Shown here in pieces: positions 23,377 to 35,326 of a stretch of 64,000 bases of DNA. The DNA is taken from positions 248,001-312,000 of the forward strand of contig JALMLS010000056.1 of the NCBI GenBank assembly GCA_038496445.1. The letters are read 5' to 3'. A model generated the notes under the pieces. It did no database searches. It was not told the origin of the DNA and saw nothing but the letters and a program-made list of their open reading frames with translations. The stretch comes from Trichosphaerium sp. ATCC 40318. Lineage: Eukaryota; Protista; Tubulinea. The position numbers and the translations under genes were made by a program. Position 1 is the stretch's first letter. Each line of letters begins with the position of its first letter.

Positions 23377-25728
23377 TTAATTACCAGACCTTAAATGAGA
23401 TCTATTGGCATTTGCTCTAAAATCAAAAGGGTTCAGAAATAAAGGCTTCTCACTTGAATCAAACTGATTAACTAAATGAGGAAACCTCGATGAGAGCTTT
23501 GTTTTAATGTTCCCTACTCACAATTGTTAGACAAACAAAAAAAAACTGGTTTTAGCTTGATTCATTGATGGACGTACGTGATCCGTGCTTTATGATACAT
23601 CCCACGATAAGCATTACATACTTCACATACACAAATCCTTTTGTAATCAAAAGATCTAAAATACCTTCTTCTTCACCAGGATAGAAAGTAAACTCTGAAC
23701 AAGAAAAGGCTTTAGTATTTGGAAAAAAAAGCATCTGTATTTACCTTTGCCGTTTGGTGTGACTAACGGTGCTAGTCGGAGTAACGCTTTCTCTATAGAA
23801 TCCTTTTTGCATCCCATATACCTAGCGTTTATATATCGATGATATGCATCAGTATGACGTCCAGCCTTTAATCAAAAATAAGACGACAAGCACAAAAAAA
23901 AAAAAAAGAAACAGAATACAAAAAGTAGTACGTACCTCTTCCAAAATCTCTGCATAATAAAGTTGCCTGTAGGAATCTAATTTACACTGTTAGCGCCAAA
24001 TAATACAATACTCATTCATCATTAATGTACCTGTAGGATCCTTCATAAGGCTATCTCTTATATACCTCAATCCTTTTAGTCTATCAATACCTCCATACCA
24101 CTAAATTATAAGTTAACTATCAACATAATTTTAAAAGCTTTTATGTACAAGGAATGTGCCATAAAGTTCTTCAAGGTCTCCAACATTAATCTTAGCAGTT
24201 TGTAACTTATCTGATAATATATCGCATGCCTTTCATTCGATTTAGAGATTATTGTCTTGTAACTACTACTTACTTGTTCGTAGTTTGCTGAATCCGCTCT
24301 AACAGCTGCAAGGAAACGAGTAGGATAAGGAAACCAATTAAACTTATCCATATCATGAATTTTCTGGTAATTAATCTCCTTCACTAACCGACCCCGTACT
24401 TGGCCTTCAGCTTCTAAAACCTTTGGATTTTCTGAACGAAGCGACTTCGCTTGTTCAACGTATGCTAAAGCTTTCGCTGTATCGCCTACATAGAGTAAGA
24501 AAACAAGCTCAAAAAAAAAAAAGAGAAAATAAAGAAAAATCCTACAAACCTTGCTTGTGTGCCCACAACGCTGCTTGAATTATCCAATATACGTGAGGCT
24601 TAACATTTATAGCTTTCTCGTAATACTTTGAGACCTTTTCAGGATCATGCTTTTGATAGCTATGCGCCAATTGGCCAAAACTGTTGTGTAGATCAAACTT
24701 TTGACGTATTGCTTCCTTGAAGCACTTTATGGACATGGCATCATCTTCCATATTGGCGTACACAATACTAACAACGATTTGGTCAGCAAACTCAATAAAC
24801 AAACAAAATACTTATACCCTAACATGTAATAAAGCTCAGCACGTGCGCCTCCTTTAACCTTAGGTAGCCTACAAGAAAATAATAAGGCAAAAAAAAAACT
24901 CAACTGTCGCGAGTAGTGCATTGTTCTTTACGTACCAACTTACGAAATGGTTAGCTGCTGCATGAGGATTCCTCTGTGCGATTTCAAGTATAACACCCTT
25001 AGCCAATATATTAATCAAAGAGCCCTCTGTGAAAAATCAGCGTCAATCAGCAGCTCATTTAGTCAACTTTGTCAGATGTGACATACCTCTTGTTTCGTGT
25101 ACAAGTTTTCGGGCTTCTGTAATAGCTTTCTTTGTAAATGCCCCAAGTAAAATCCAAACGCGCCATAGTTTTGCCTCAAGGAAGCTACCTTCAGCCAATT
25201 TGATAGCTTTATCCAAATACCTGTAGATTACGTTAGTGTACTGATCAATAACACCTTTTTAGGTGGCGTTTGAGCAAAAGCAGAAGTGGGTTTTAAAGTA
25301 TAAACGCCCGAACAGCACCAAGCAGTACTACGCGAGAGCAAGTGTTTTTGATTTTTGGTTTTAAAGTTAAGTTTACTCGTGATCAAAAACAGTACAGAAA
25401 TAAGAGCTCTAGTTCTAGGCTCATACGCGTTTACGTACTTCAAGCGTTCGTAATTAGGGTAGTTCTTGCTAATCCCTTTTCTGTAGTATCGTTTTGCTCT
25501 TTTTCCGTTCTTTGATAGCGTATTTATGCTTATAACGCAGTGAGTAGTCTTTGAATTCAATATGTCTCTTGATAACGCGCTCAAATAGCGTGATACAAAC
25601 CCAAGCTGTATAAGGGAATAGGAGTCAAGGTACGAAAGCAATTGGTGCCAAATTTCAGGTGGTAAGCGAGGATTACTCCGTAGATGAATTCTACTTCCAT
25701 CACGCTTTGTGGAGCGTTTTGTAGACAT
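23377..25728 (-). CDS. F-box protein with TPR repeats
   Basis: F-box LPPEIWHQLLSYLDSYSLIQLGFVSRYL, followed by TPR-like helices (AMSIKCFKEAI, VSKYYEKAINVKP, AKALAYVEQAKSL). Confidence 0.8.
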
Positions 25729-25848
25729 GAAACACCACACTTCAGTTACTAATAGTATTTTTTCAGATTCAATGAGACTCAAGCTTGAAGTTAAGGCACC
25801 CATACACATTTTTGTAGCTGGTCAGTTTTTGAGCGGAGATTTTTAATA

Positions 25849-27932
25849 CTACGTTACAAATTCATCTTCCCTGTACCCATACTCAAGTGTAAGTTGTTCC
25901 AACTCAATTTGTTCCGCTTTACTTATGTGATCTACTCGGAATAGTATCGCAGCTGGGAGAACTAAAATCACATTCATATAAGTAACCCAGTTGGCTGCAG
26001 CTAAACAAACGAAATATCGTGCACCTAGAAGACGTCATGAAAAAAAAAAATAATGTTGACACCATGGTCCGCGTAAAATAATGCATAGCATAGTACTATC
26101 AACATACCTGCGCCGGGTGTACTCTCCCAAATAAAAAACCCAGTATATACAGTTGCAGCAGCGGATCCAAGATTGAGAAAAATACAAACAATAAGAGTCA
26201 CTGCTCGTCTGTTTTTCAAAAAATTATGAGTTAGAGCCACGGAATTTCGCTTCGTTTGACAAATATAAATCAATATAAAGAGTTGTACCTGTATATATTT
26301 CTATATTTGCGTCGTCTGGCATCCACATCAGGGTTTGGTTTGCTACCAATAGTTAGACATTATTATTGTATTAAACTTACGTTGGTGTGCAAGCGAGACA
26401 GCGAATATAGTTTATAAGGAGAGCCAAATGAACAGCAACAAACTGCCCAACACAAGCAATAACACCTAAGAAATAATTTAGTTAACAGCACTAATGATTT
26501 GACACGCACCAAAAGTACCAGGAGTTTGAAGAAATGGAACTAAAAAAATCAGTCAGTGAGTACAATATTTCTACTTCTCATTCAGTGACATACGGTTCAT
26601 AATGAGTAGTGAGATGGATATGCAAACTGCTGTTTTTTGTTCTATGCTCCAAAATGTGTAAAATGTGTATCCATAAAAATGACCCCAATAGAACATAGTC
26701 AAGCACAAAGCTAGAACAACGCAAGAACTAGCGAATAAATACCTAAAAATACCTTTAGCTACATTGAAAAACCACACAGTTTTAATCGCATTGAACTTAC
26801 CACCGAGTTTTTCTTTGAGAAAACGTAACACCTACAGAACAATGTCAAAATGTCAATCAAAAAAACAATAATAAAGTCGAATGTAGTACAAACCTGGTAC
26901 AAGAGTGATAAGTGGATAACGATTAGGATCTCTCATTGTAACCACCAATCTCGTATGTCCCTAGAACATCTTTTATACATCTTAAAGAGGCTGTATAACG
27001 TACTGTTTCGTTATGAAATCCATCAAGACGAGATATGTCATAATAAATATTACTATAATTCTGTACTGGAACACTAACAAATGAAACGTTTTGTGATCTC
27101 TCATACAAATTGATACGTTTTTCAACTATGTGAGATCCTATAATATCTGAATCGCTACAAAGTAATGAGCAATAAAACAACAAACCAACAAAGAAGAAAC
27201 CTGCACTACTTTCAAAAAAAAGCCAAAAAAAAAGACAGAATAGCTTACCCTACTATTGTAACATTCCATTTCAGAGTTTCTGTGTGACAAAGCGTTTAAG
27301 CTTGAGTACATAAAGCAGACGACAAACCACTTACTTGTTTCTATTACTGACGCGTTCTCCTTCGTCCCATTTAATTGTACAATAGCAGAAACATTCACCC
27401 AAGCTACTTCTACGCTTGTATAAGTTGGAAAGAAACCCCGATAAAGGTCGTAAGGTCCGAAAAAAAAATAGATGTCGTGAGTACTTTGTATTCTGACAAA
27501 ATAAGCGAAAACAGACTGGGTTCGCCTGTAAGCTTTGTACATACCTGGTGAAACATGTTCAAACTCGAAATTATACGGCTAACGATAGTTAGTGCCAATA
27601 GTGTGGTGCACGTTTTTGTTACCCTTTCTCGGTCTTCCCACGCGTAGGTTGTTGTATTTATGAGCGCTTCAGGCTGTTTATGATGAACAAGTGGTGCCGT
27701 TACTACACATACATTATTAACAAGTCTATAATGTTTCTTACGTACACCCATGCGCAACATAAACGGTTAATGCTTCTAATATTAATACAGACATGATAGC
27801 AATTATAAAGCCCCTTATCTTAACGTTATTGCTACCATCGGAATAGTTACAAACATACCACCATGGTAAAGTCTCCACAAGCGCTTTCAAGCTTCTAAAA
27901 GCAGATTCGGAGCCTTCTTGCTCAATGAGCAT
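25849..27932 (-). CDS. Multipass membrane protein with a glycosylated luminal loop, family unresolved
   Basis: Spliceable exons with several hydrophobic helices and N-x-S/T sequons. The C-terminal TM cluster is weakly reminiscent of sterol-sensing/RND-like domains. Confidence 0.55.
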
Positions 27933-28258
27933 TGTTGATTAACCAGTATTTACTTTTGATAACAAATAGCACTTTGTGCGCAGTCACATTAACCCAGGTA
28001 TCAAGCTTACGCTTTCTTTAAGGCATATAATCAAGCTTAAACAACTTTAGACGAATAAATTACTTTCGAGTACTCAGTGGCTCTTAGATCGCATAAACAC
28101 TAACAATAAACTACCAAGTGTACTTTAACACTTACTTAAACGAAATACATTATCGATAGCCAATCACGTGATCATTAAAAAACTTGACACAAGTTGTTCA
28201 AGCGTACTAGGCGCCACTTTTTTTTTAAAAATACAGTTTTTAGTCCCTTCTTTATATT

Positions 28259-30480
28259 TCACGCTCCGCTCTCCATGCCAGAAAATATACACATGTGGCC
28301 GGAAGAATCAGCAGAGACAAGTATATTATCTATCGGAGTATAAGCGATTATCACTGACAAGTTGATTTACATACCATCAGGAGACAGACTTATACAAGTC
28401 ACTGGAAAATTGTGCGCACTGATGTCTTTTATGTGTTTCGTCTTTCCTGTGCTCGGAGAGGGTCGGCCTGATATACTCCATATCCTTATAGTACCATCAA
28501 CACTACCAGAGTATAGAAACTAAAAAAAACAGTGAGCGAAGGGAAAAAAACTTCGAGATGTTCACCTTTGATTTGGAATCCATCACAGGGCAAGTTGGAA
28601 TAGACAAGTCCACACCACCATAAATTGCAACAACCTCTTGATCATAAACCCTCCATAACCTGTGAGTTGAATCACTGCTAGAAGTCAACACGTGTAACCC
28701 ATCGGAAGTACAAGTTGCATGAAAAACGTCCTGAAATACTCTGTAAGTTTAAAATAACCGAACGATGTAGTATTCTTACATTGTGACCTGCAAATGCAAA
28801 TTCATAATCTCCTGTAAACTTATCAAACTGTCTGCTAGTTTCAACTGCGGATTTACGGAAAGACGCTATAGGTATTTCAACTGCACTTTCCTTTACATCA
28901 TTAAGACGGTCGGGTGTAAAACCTAGGCTACACTTAATTTTGTTGAAAATAGGAGTATTTATTGGCATACCTCCCCATAAACTACCTAATGATCCTTCAC
29001 TCCGAGTCGGCTGTGGAGAAGCCATACCGCCCCACATACCCATTCCATCGATATCCATATCATCATCACCGCGTTGTGGACGCACTGGAGAAGCCACAGG
29101 ACCTTGAAGGAGTTAGCTACTTTTTGTGCTTGCAAAAAAAAAAGCTGTACTTTGAAAACCACCATCATAGATACGTTCGTGCTTGTTTATAAATTCTTTG
29201 TATGTAGATAAGTTGCGAATATCCCACACAAACGATCCATCTACGTCAAATATTAATCAAAAAAATATTGACAAGTGGTACACAAAAAAACTTGTTTTCT
29301 TGGATACAGAAAAAAAACTTATCAAAAGTAACAACGCACTTGGGTGAGATGACAGGATATAAAATGGATCAGAAGGCATAAATTGAACGCTATTCGCAGA
29401 CTCATCAACATCAAATGCGATCACGTGCTCCCTCATGTCTTTGTGCCAAAGCCTTTTATTATAATTTAGTGTTTCAAAAACACTATTTCAATAATTGTAC
29501 CGTATCGTAGAATCTGTACTACAAGAAACAACTTTATCGGCTTGCTCTGAAATATCACACCAAGTCACAAAACTAGAGTGTCCAATAAATTCTCGCTCAA
29601 CTTGGTAACCAGTCTTGGTATACGCGTGAGAAAGGGAGAAATAAGATGTTTTTCTTTGTACCTCTTGAATTTTAGAGAGCTTTATAAACGTGTCATCGCT
29701 GCAAGTCACCATAGCGTTTTTTGCTCTATTACAAGCGATTCTAGGCGGTTGGTTTGAGAAATTGATCAACCTCTTTTTTTAAAAAAGCGCGCGAAATCAG
29801 AAACGCCGTATTGTACCTATTGATCGTCTTGTAATGAACGTCGTTAATTTGTTCAAACGTTGCTGTGTTAATATTGAGATAAACCAGTGCTCCGCCTTCT
29901 AACCCGCAGAAAACGCTTTGTTCGTCCCAAAACTGAATACAAGCTACACTTTGCTGTAATTCAACTCGTTTTGGCTCTGCACCCATGTTTTTCATAGCCA
30001 AGCTACCCAAAATACTACGTTGGCCAAATAACCAACTATAATAGCGCCTATTGCGACCAGATAAATTATCCATGACAACAACAGACCGAACAGGCTACTG
30101 GCAGTCAATGAACACTTTTTAACCAATTTTTGTTCCGTAACTTAACATTTCCGTACTTTTTTGCTTGCCTTACAGCGCTATGGCACGTTTTTTTTTTTTT
30201 TCGATCGTGCGTACATTTTGGCGTATAGTACTGCCTTTTTTACGCGTTTTAGGGTGACTCCTTATTTTTTTGCCATTTTTGAATTGTTTATACGAGCAAT
30301 AATTTGGAAAGATAAAGGGCCATGTACTTAACGTTGTGACGAGTGTTGTAGTTTTCGGTCAAAGATTAACGGTCACGGTATTGCGAACTTATACGCCACA
30401 ACGTAAACACGCTGTAGTATACTACTATTCGATCACTATACAATAGACTGTAATTCTTGAAAATAGGGCTTAAAGCGTTA
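28259..30480 (-). CDS. WD40-repeat protein (possible degenerate N-terminal F-box; 5' end uncertain)
   Basis: WD repeats FIGHSSFVTWCDIS...VVSCSTDSTIRLW, FAGHN...LTSSSDSTHRLW and SAHNFPVTCISL. Upstream exons splice in frame through RCKASKK/PVRSVVVMD. Confidence 0.8.
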
Positions 30481-30657
30481 GTGAACCGTCCTGAGCCAAC
30501 CAGGGTAACCAACACAGCACCTAAGCATAGACAAGGCGTTTCACGGAGGAGCAATTTCCTTATTTGGTCTTTCTTGATCGCGTAATACTGTCGCAATACA
30601 AAGTGGGGAACATTATCGCACAAACAAACAACCACGCACTTTAAATACTATTAAAAA

Positions 30658-31933
30658 ATGTCCAAGCAGGAAGCATGGACTATGCGCGACACTGAAAAGA
30701 TCATAGAGCTTGTACAAGCTATAGGGCCCCAGTGGGTAACTGTAGCCGAACAGTTTACTAATAAAACGCCACAAGTAAGCCCTCCGGTGCTATGTAAAGC
30801 CCTTTTGCAAGATCTTTACAGTGCACTAACTCTGGCTTTCAGGCCTGCGAAACTTGGTGGACGTTTTTAGATAATTTACACACAAAACCTAAGCATAGAT
30901 TAGGATGTACGTGTTTTTTTAATTACAATTTACATTCAGTATTGTTTTTGACAAACAAAACAAAAAAAAAAAACAAAGTAAAACCTAAAACGTGATTTAG
31001 GTAAACCCAGGAAAAAACGGTTTAGGCGTAAGGCATGCGAAATAGATCGTCCATACGTTTGTATAGTAAAAAATTGTAATCGAGCATACGGAACAGAAGG
31101 AGCATTGAAGATGCACTTGAAAAGTAAACACCCAGGAGTAGATTACAAGTAAGGAATATTTCGGGTCACACAAAATTTTTTTGGTTATAAAGATAAAACA
31201 AAACATTTCACTTTTTTCTTTCAATTACGACTTCTTGTCAAAACTAACATTCCTTCTTTCAACTAGGCCAACAAGAATAACACCATTTGCAATGAATACA
31301 TATCAATTCGGTAAGTATTTTTACCACCTCTTAGCTCAGGAACTAAAAACAGAGTGACAAAGAAACAAAAATCAAACAACAAAGTAGTTTATTCTTTTTT
31401 ATCAAAACATTCAGACTTTTCAACTACGTTTGGATGCTATACTTAGTTTGTATCTAAAATTAACTCAGCGAGGTTTTTTTTGTAATTAATGTAAAATATC
31501 GATAGTTTTTTACTAACACGTGGTAACAGGTAGTCAGAATACGCCGCAGCGATTGTACCTACACGATCACAAAACTCCAGAGCCTAAGCACGCAATCCAA
31601 TGTATATATGTCCAAAAGGCAACAGTACACACATCAAGTCCACCCCGGACGAAGAGACAGCGCGTAACACACAACAAAGATCCAAGCGGTCTTCCTCCTC
31701 GGAAGAAAGCCAAACGCGCTGAGTCAGAAGCAGAAGCGGCAGCAACGCTCACATCTTTTTCTGGCACTAACGATGGTGTACCTCCAGAACCAGACGATCG
31801 AACACTCCCTCCTCTACTGGAAGTACTACCATATCTCTCAGGGCTTCCAAAACCGAGTCCGAGGCCTCCAAGTGGCTTAAATCAGTTTGTGTACTCCAAT
31901 GGTGCACGGAACGATTTTACAGGAGTTATGTAA
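30658..31933 (+). CDS. Transcription factor with a Myb/SANT repeat and a C2H2 zinc finger
   Basis: WTMRDTEKIIELVQAIGPQWVTVAEQFTNKTPQACETWW (Myb-like), then KRFRRKACEIDRPYVCIVKNCNRAYGTEGALKMHLKSKH (C2H2), plus an NLS-like PPRKKAKR. Confidence 0.78.
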
Positions 31934-32150
31934 CGCGACGCTTTTGACGAAGAACAAACACAAACACTCTCCTCCTCTTTGTACCTTTATGTAAATACAA
32001 CTAAACACTGTAACAATAACACACAAGGCGCTTTAACTGCGCAGATGCAAAAAAAATACGCTGTGAAGAAAAGACTTAAAGTTTGCATAAAACCGACCTT
32101 AACGTTTGCTCCATTATAACTCCACAAAAACCTTGTTGTATAAACACAAA

Positions 32151-33757
32151 ATGGGTAACTGTCTCGGAGGCGAAAGCGACAAGGAAACTGTACGCGTAAA
32201 CAAGGTGATCTCGCGCATGCTTCACGACGACCGCAGAAAGCTTGAAAACGAAGTAAAGCTTCTCCTGCTTGGTAAGTTTTGTTTACTCCGGTTAGACTAG
32301 CTAAAGTTGGTTTTCATTTTATAATGTTTCAGCTTATGCAAAGCTATTATTTTTTTGTTTTGTTGGGCGTTATTGCCCAGCGAGAAAATACAATTATCGC
32401 GAGAGAAACTGGTTTTTAGGTTATTGCGACTAACTCGCGATTAGGTGCTGGCGAGTCTGGTAAATCCACCATTGCCAAACAAATGAAAATTATACATAAC
32501 GAAGGCTTTACGGAAGAAGAAAGAGTCAGTTACAAATCTGTTATTTACAACAATACTTTCCTTGCTATGAAGACTATGATACAGGCTGCACATGACCTTG
32601 GTATTTCTATCAAAGCTAAAGCAAATAGAGTGCGTATTAACTATTTTGCAAACCACCCAAAAACGAAAACTCTGACGTAGTTTGAGCGTTTTTTCTAACC
32701 TCTTGACCTAGAAAATAGCTGCAAAGTTCGTAGACGAAGATACAGGTTACTTTCACGGAGATATCACACCTGAAATCGCAGTTGATATCAAAGCTTTGTG
32801 GAGCGATCCTGGTATACAAAAGACATTCAAGAGATCTGCTGAGTACCAATTAACAGATTCTGCCCATTAGTGCGTACTTTTTTTTATTGCCTGTTCACGT
32901 CGTTGCTTATACCCGCGTTAGCTACATTGAGAGCGTTGATCGTTTGTCTGACGAGGGTTATGTACCAACTGAGCAAGATGTATTGCGTTCTCGCGCAAAA
33001 ACCACTGGTATTATTGAGACGGACTTTACTGTCGAAAAAACCAAGTTTAGGTATGTTTGTGGTTTACATTTCTTTTTCGTTTGTTTTAAATTTAACTCGT
33101 TTTGTAGAATGGTTGATGTCGGTGGACAACGTTCTGAGCGTAAAAAGTGGATGCACTGCTTCGGTGATGTAACCGCAGTCATTTTCTGTGTAGCTTTATC
33201 GGAATACGACCTTAAATTATACGAGGATAACGAAACAAATAGAATGCACGAATCCCTTCGTTTGTTCAAAGGTACGCAAATACGCGAAAAACACAATTTA
33301 CCCAAAAAAAAACCGCTTTGTTCGAAATTATCAGTTTTTCGAATTCGCGAACGACTAAATACGTATTTATTTAACTTTCTTTTAGAAATTTGTAACTCCA
33401 AGTGGTTTGTTGATACATCTATGATTCTCTTCTTGAATAAGAAGGATTTGTTTGAAGAAAAAATTAAACACGTTCCACTTACTGAGTGTTTCAAAGATTA
33501 TCCTGGTACGTTGTCTTTAATGCTTTCTATCTCATGTAAAGTATTTACTTCTAACCCTCCGAATAGGTCCTCAGGAGTTTGAAGCTTGTTCTAACCACAT
33601 TCGCGATAAATTTGTTCAACAAAATGAGAACGATAAAAAGCAAGTGTACCCTCACTTGACATGTGCTACTGATACCAACCACGTAAAACTTGTGTTTAAC
33701 GCCGTAAAAGATATCATCTTGCACAAGGCGCTTGATGAATCCGGTCTTGGACTGTAA
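32151..33757 (+). CDS. Heterotrimeric G-protein alpha subunit
   Basis: MGNC acylation motif, [48 protein letters not shown] and TCATDT. There are 6 introns. Confidence 0.98.
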
Positions 33758-33952
33758 ACGCCCGTAGTATTATTCTAAGCTGTATGTACAAATAAAAATG
33801 ATTGAGTGTTAACCCAGCAACGCTTTAATGCCACTACGAGCGAGTGCATGTAGTTTGATCCGCACAGAAAGACAAGGTAATTTCGACACTTTGTCGACTT
33901 AATCACGAAAATACTTAAGTCCATCAGTTTTGTAATTTGCATCGCTAACACA

Positions 33953-34759
33953 ATGGTACGTGCTGTAAATATTGCTAGTGACACCACAAACCCTTATTTC
34001 GTGTTAATATCAACAATTGTACCCTCCACCAGTGATCTCACTTCAAATTAGAGCAAGGGTAAAGGTAAGAAAGTACGCGCAGCAAAGGAAGAGATTGTCC
34101 TCGGACCAAAACACGTCCAAGAAAATGATTTGGTTTTCGCCACTGCTCACATCTACGCCTCATTCAACGATACCTTCGTTGTACGTACCATCGACCTTAT
34201 TATACTGCTTTACGTTTATTACCGTGTCTTGAAGATTTCTCAAATGCTTTTAAAGCTAAAAAACCCCGCTAACTTCTAAATAGCACGTAACTGATATGTC
34301 TGGCGCCTCCACCTTTTGCAAAATCACTGGTAAGCATCGATAAAGACCACAAAACGCAATTCCGTCGCTAAATAATTTCAACAGGTGGTATGCAAGTTAA
34401 GACCCAGCGTGATGAGTCTTCTCCATACGCCGCTATGCTTGCCGCACAAAAGGCAGCTGAGCGTTTGAAGGTAAAATTTTTTTTTTACAATTGCTTGTTT
34501 TCTTTCGTAGTTGCTGTTTTTCTCGCTTGTAATGCGTGTTTATTGTATTAACGCCACGTAGCAACTCAAAATTAACGCTTTACACATCAAAATCCGAGCC
34601 ACCGGTGGCGTAAAAGCTAAAACACCTGGCCCTGGTGCTCAAGCCGCTTTACGTGCTCTTGCTCGTGCTGGTATGAAAATTGGCCGTATTGAAGATGTTA
34701 CACCTGTTCCACACGACAGAAACAGAAGGAAGGGTGGTCACAGAGGTCGTCGTTTGTAA
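33953..34759 (+). CDS. RPS14: 40S ribosomal protein S14 (uS11)
   Basis: [43 protein letters not shown] and IGRIEDVTP...RGRRL*. The first exon is ATG only, and there are 4 introns. Confidence 0.98.
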
Positions 34760-35326
34760 TATTGCTGCAAAAAGAAAATAAACCTAAATAATTAAAAATT
34801 TTAAATGCCGTTTGTTTCTCGTCGTTTTTGTGTTGCGTGGTGTTGCTAGACGCTATCTGTTCGGCGCCTTCATTGTTTATAGTATAAGTAGAAAAAGCGT
34901 AGTGTATTCTTATTACTTTCTCAGGCTGCGTGTTCGTGATGTTTGTACTTATCTTTGCGAAGTCTTACATTGCAAATCCGAGATAATTGTAAATTTTGTA
35001 TGGGTGATAGTGTTTCGAATACTTGACGCACCGGTGTCTTGTTGTCATTAGAAAACCAACAGCGACTGGAGGCAACTGCTATCGTGTTAAGATCCACTGA
35101 TACTGGATTGCGAATCAAGTTACATCTAATGATTACAGCTGAGCAGTAGAGTTTAGCTGCGATTAGTGAGTAGCATAAATGGTGAGCGAAGAAGAGTAAA
35201 GATAAGTACATAAGTAAAGCACAGAGTTTCTATTTCCAGTATATAAGCTTGGTACATTACTGAGGCGCTTACTAGAGCAATTGTGTGTCCAATGCCGCGC
35301 TATTTGGATGTTTGAAAAGGGGTTGG

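Noticed and set aside
29995-30100. Hydrophobic minus-strand frame (SLFGLLLSWIIYLVAIGAIIVGYLANVVFWVAWL*) whose stop overlaps an ATG (ATGA), suggesting translational coupling
   Set aside because: The upstream exons splice in frame into the WD40 reading frame instead, and there is no start for this frame. It is most likely a shadow ORF.
33956-34561. Intronic snoRNAs in the longer RPS14 introns
   Set aside because: No box C/D or H/ACA motif pairs were visible.
32151-34759. Alternative genetic code or stop readthrough to explain the fragmented ORFs
   Set aside because: The conserved genes translate cleanly with the standard code once short introns are removed.
34800-35320. Short ORFs on both strands downstream of RPS14
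   Set aside because: No consistent spliced model or recognisable motif.
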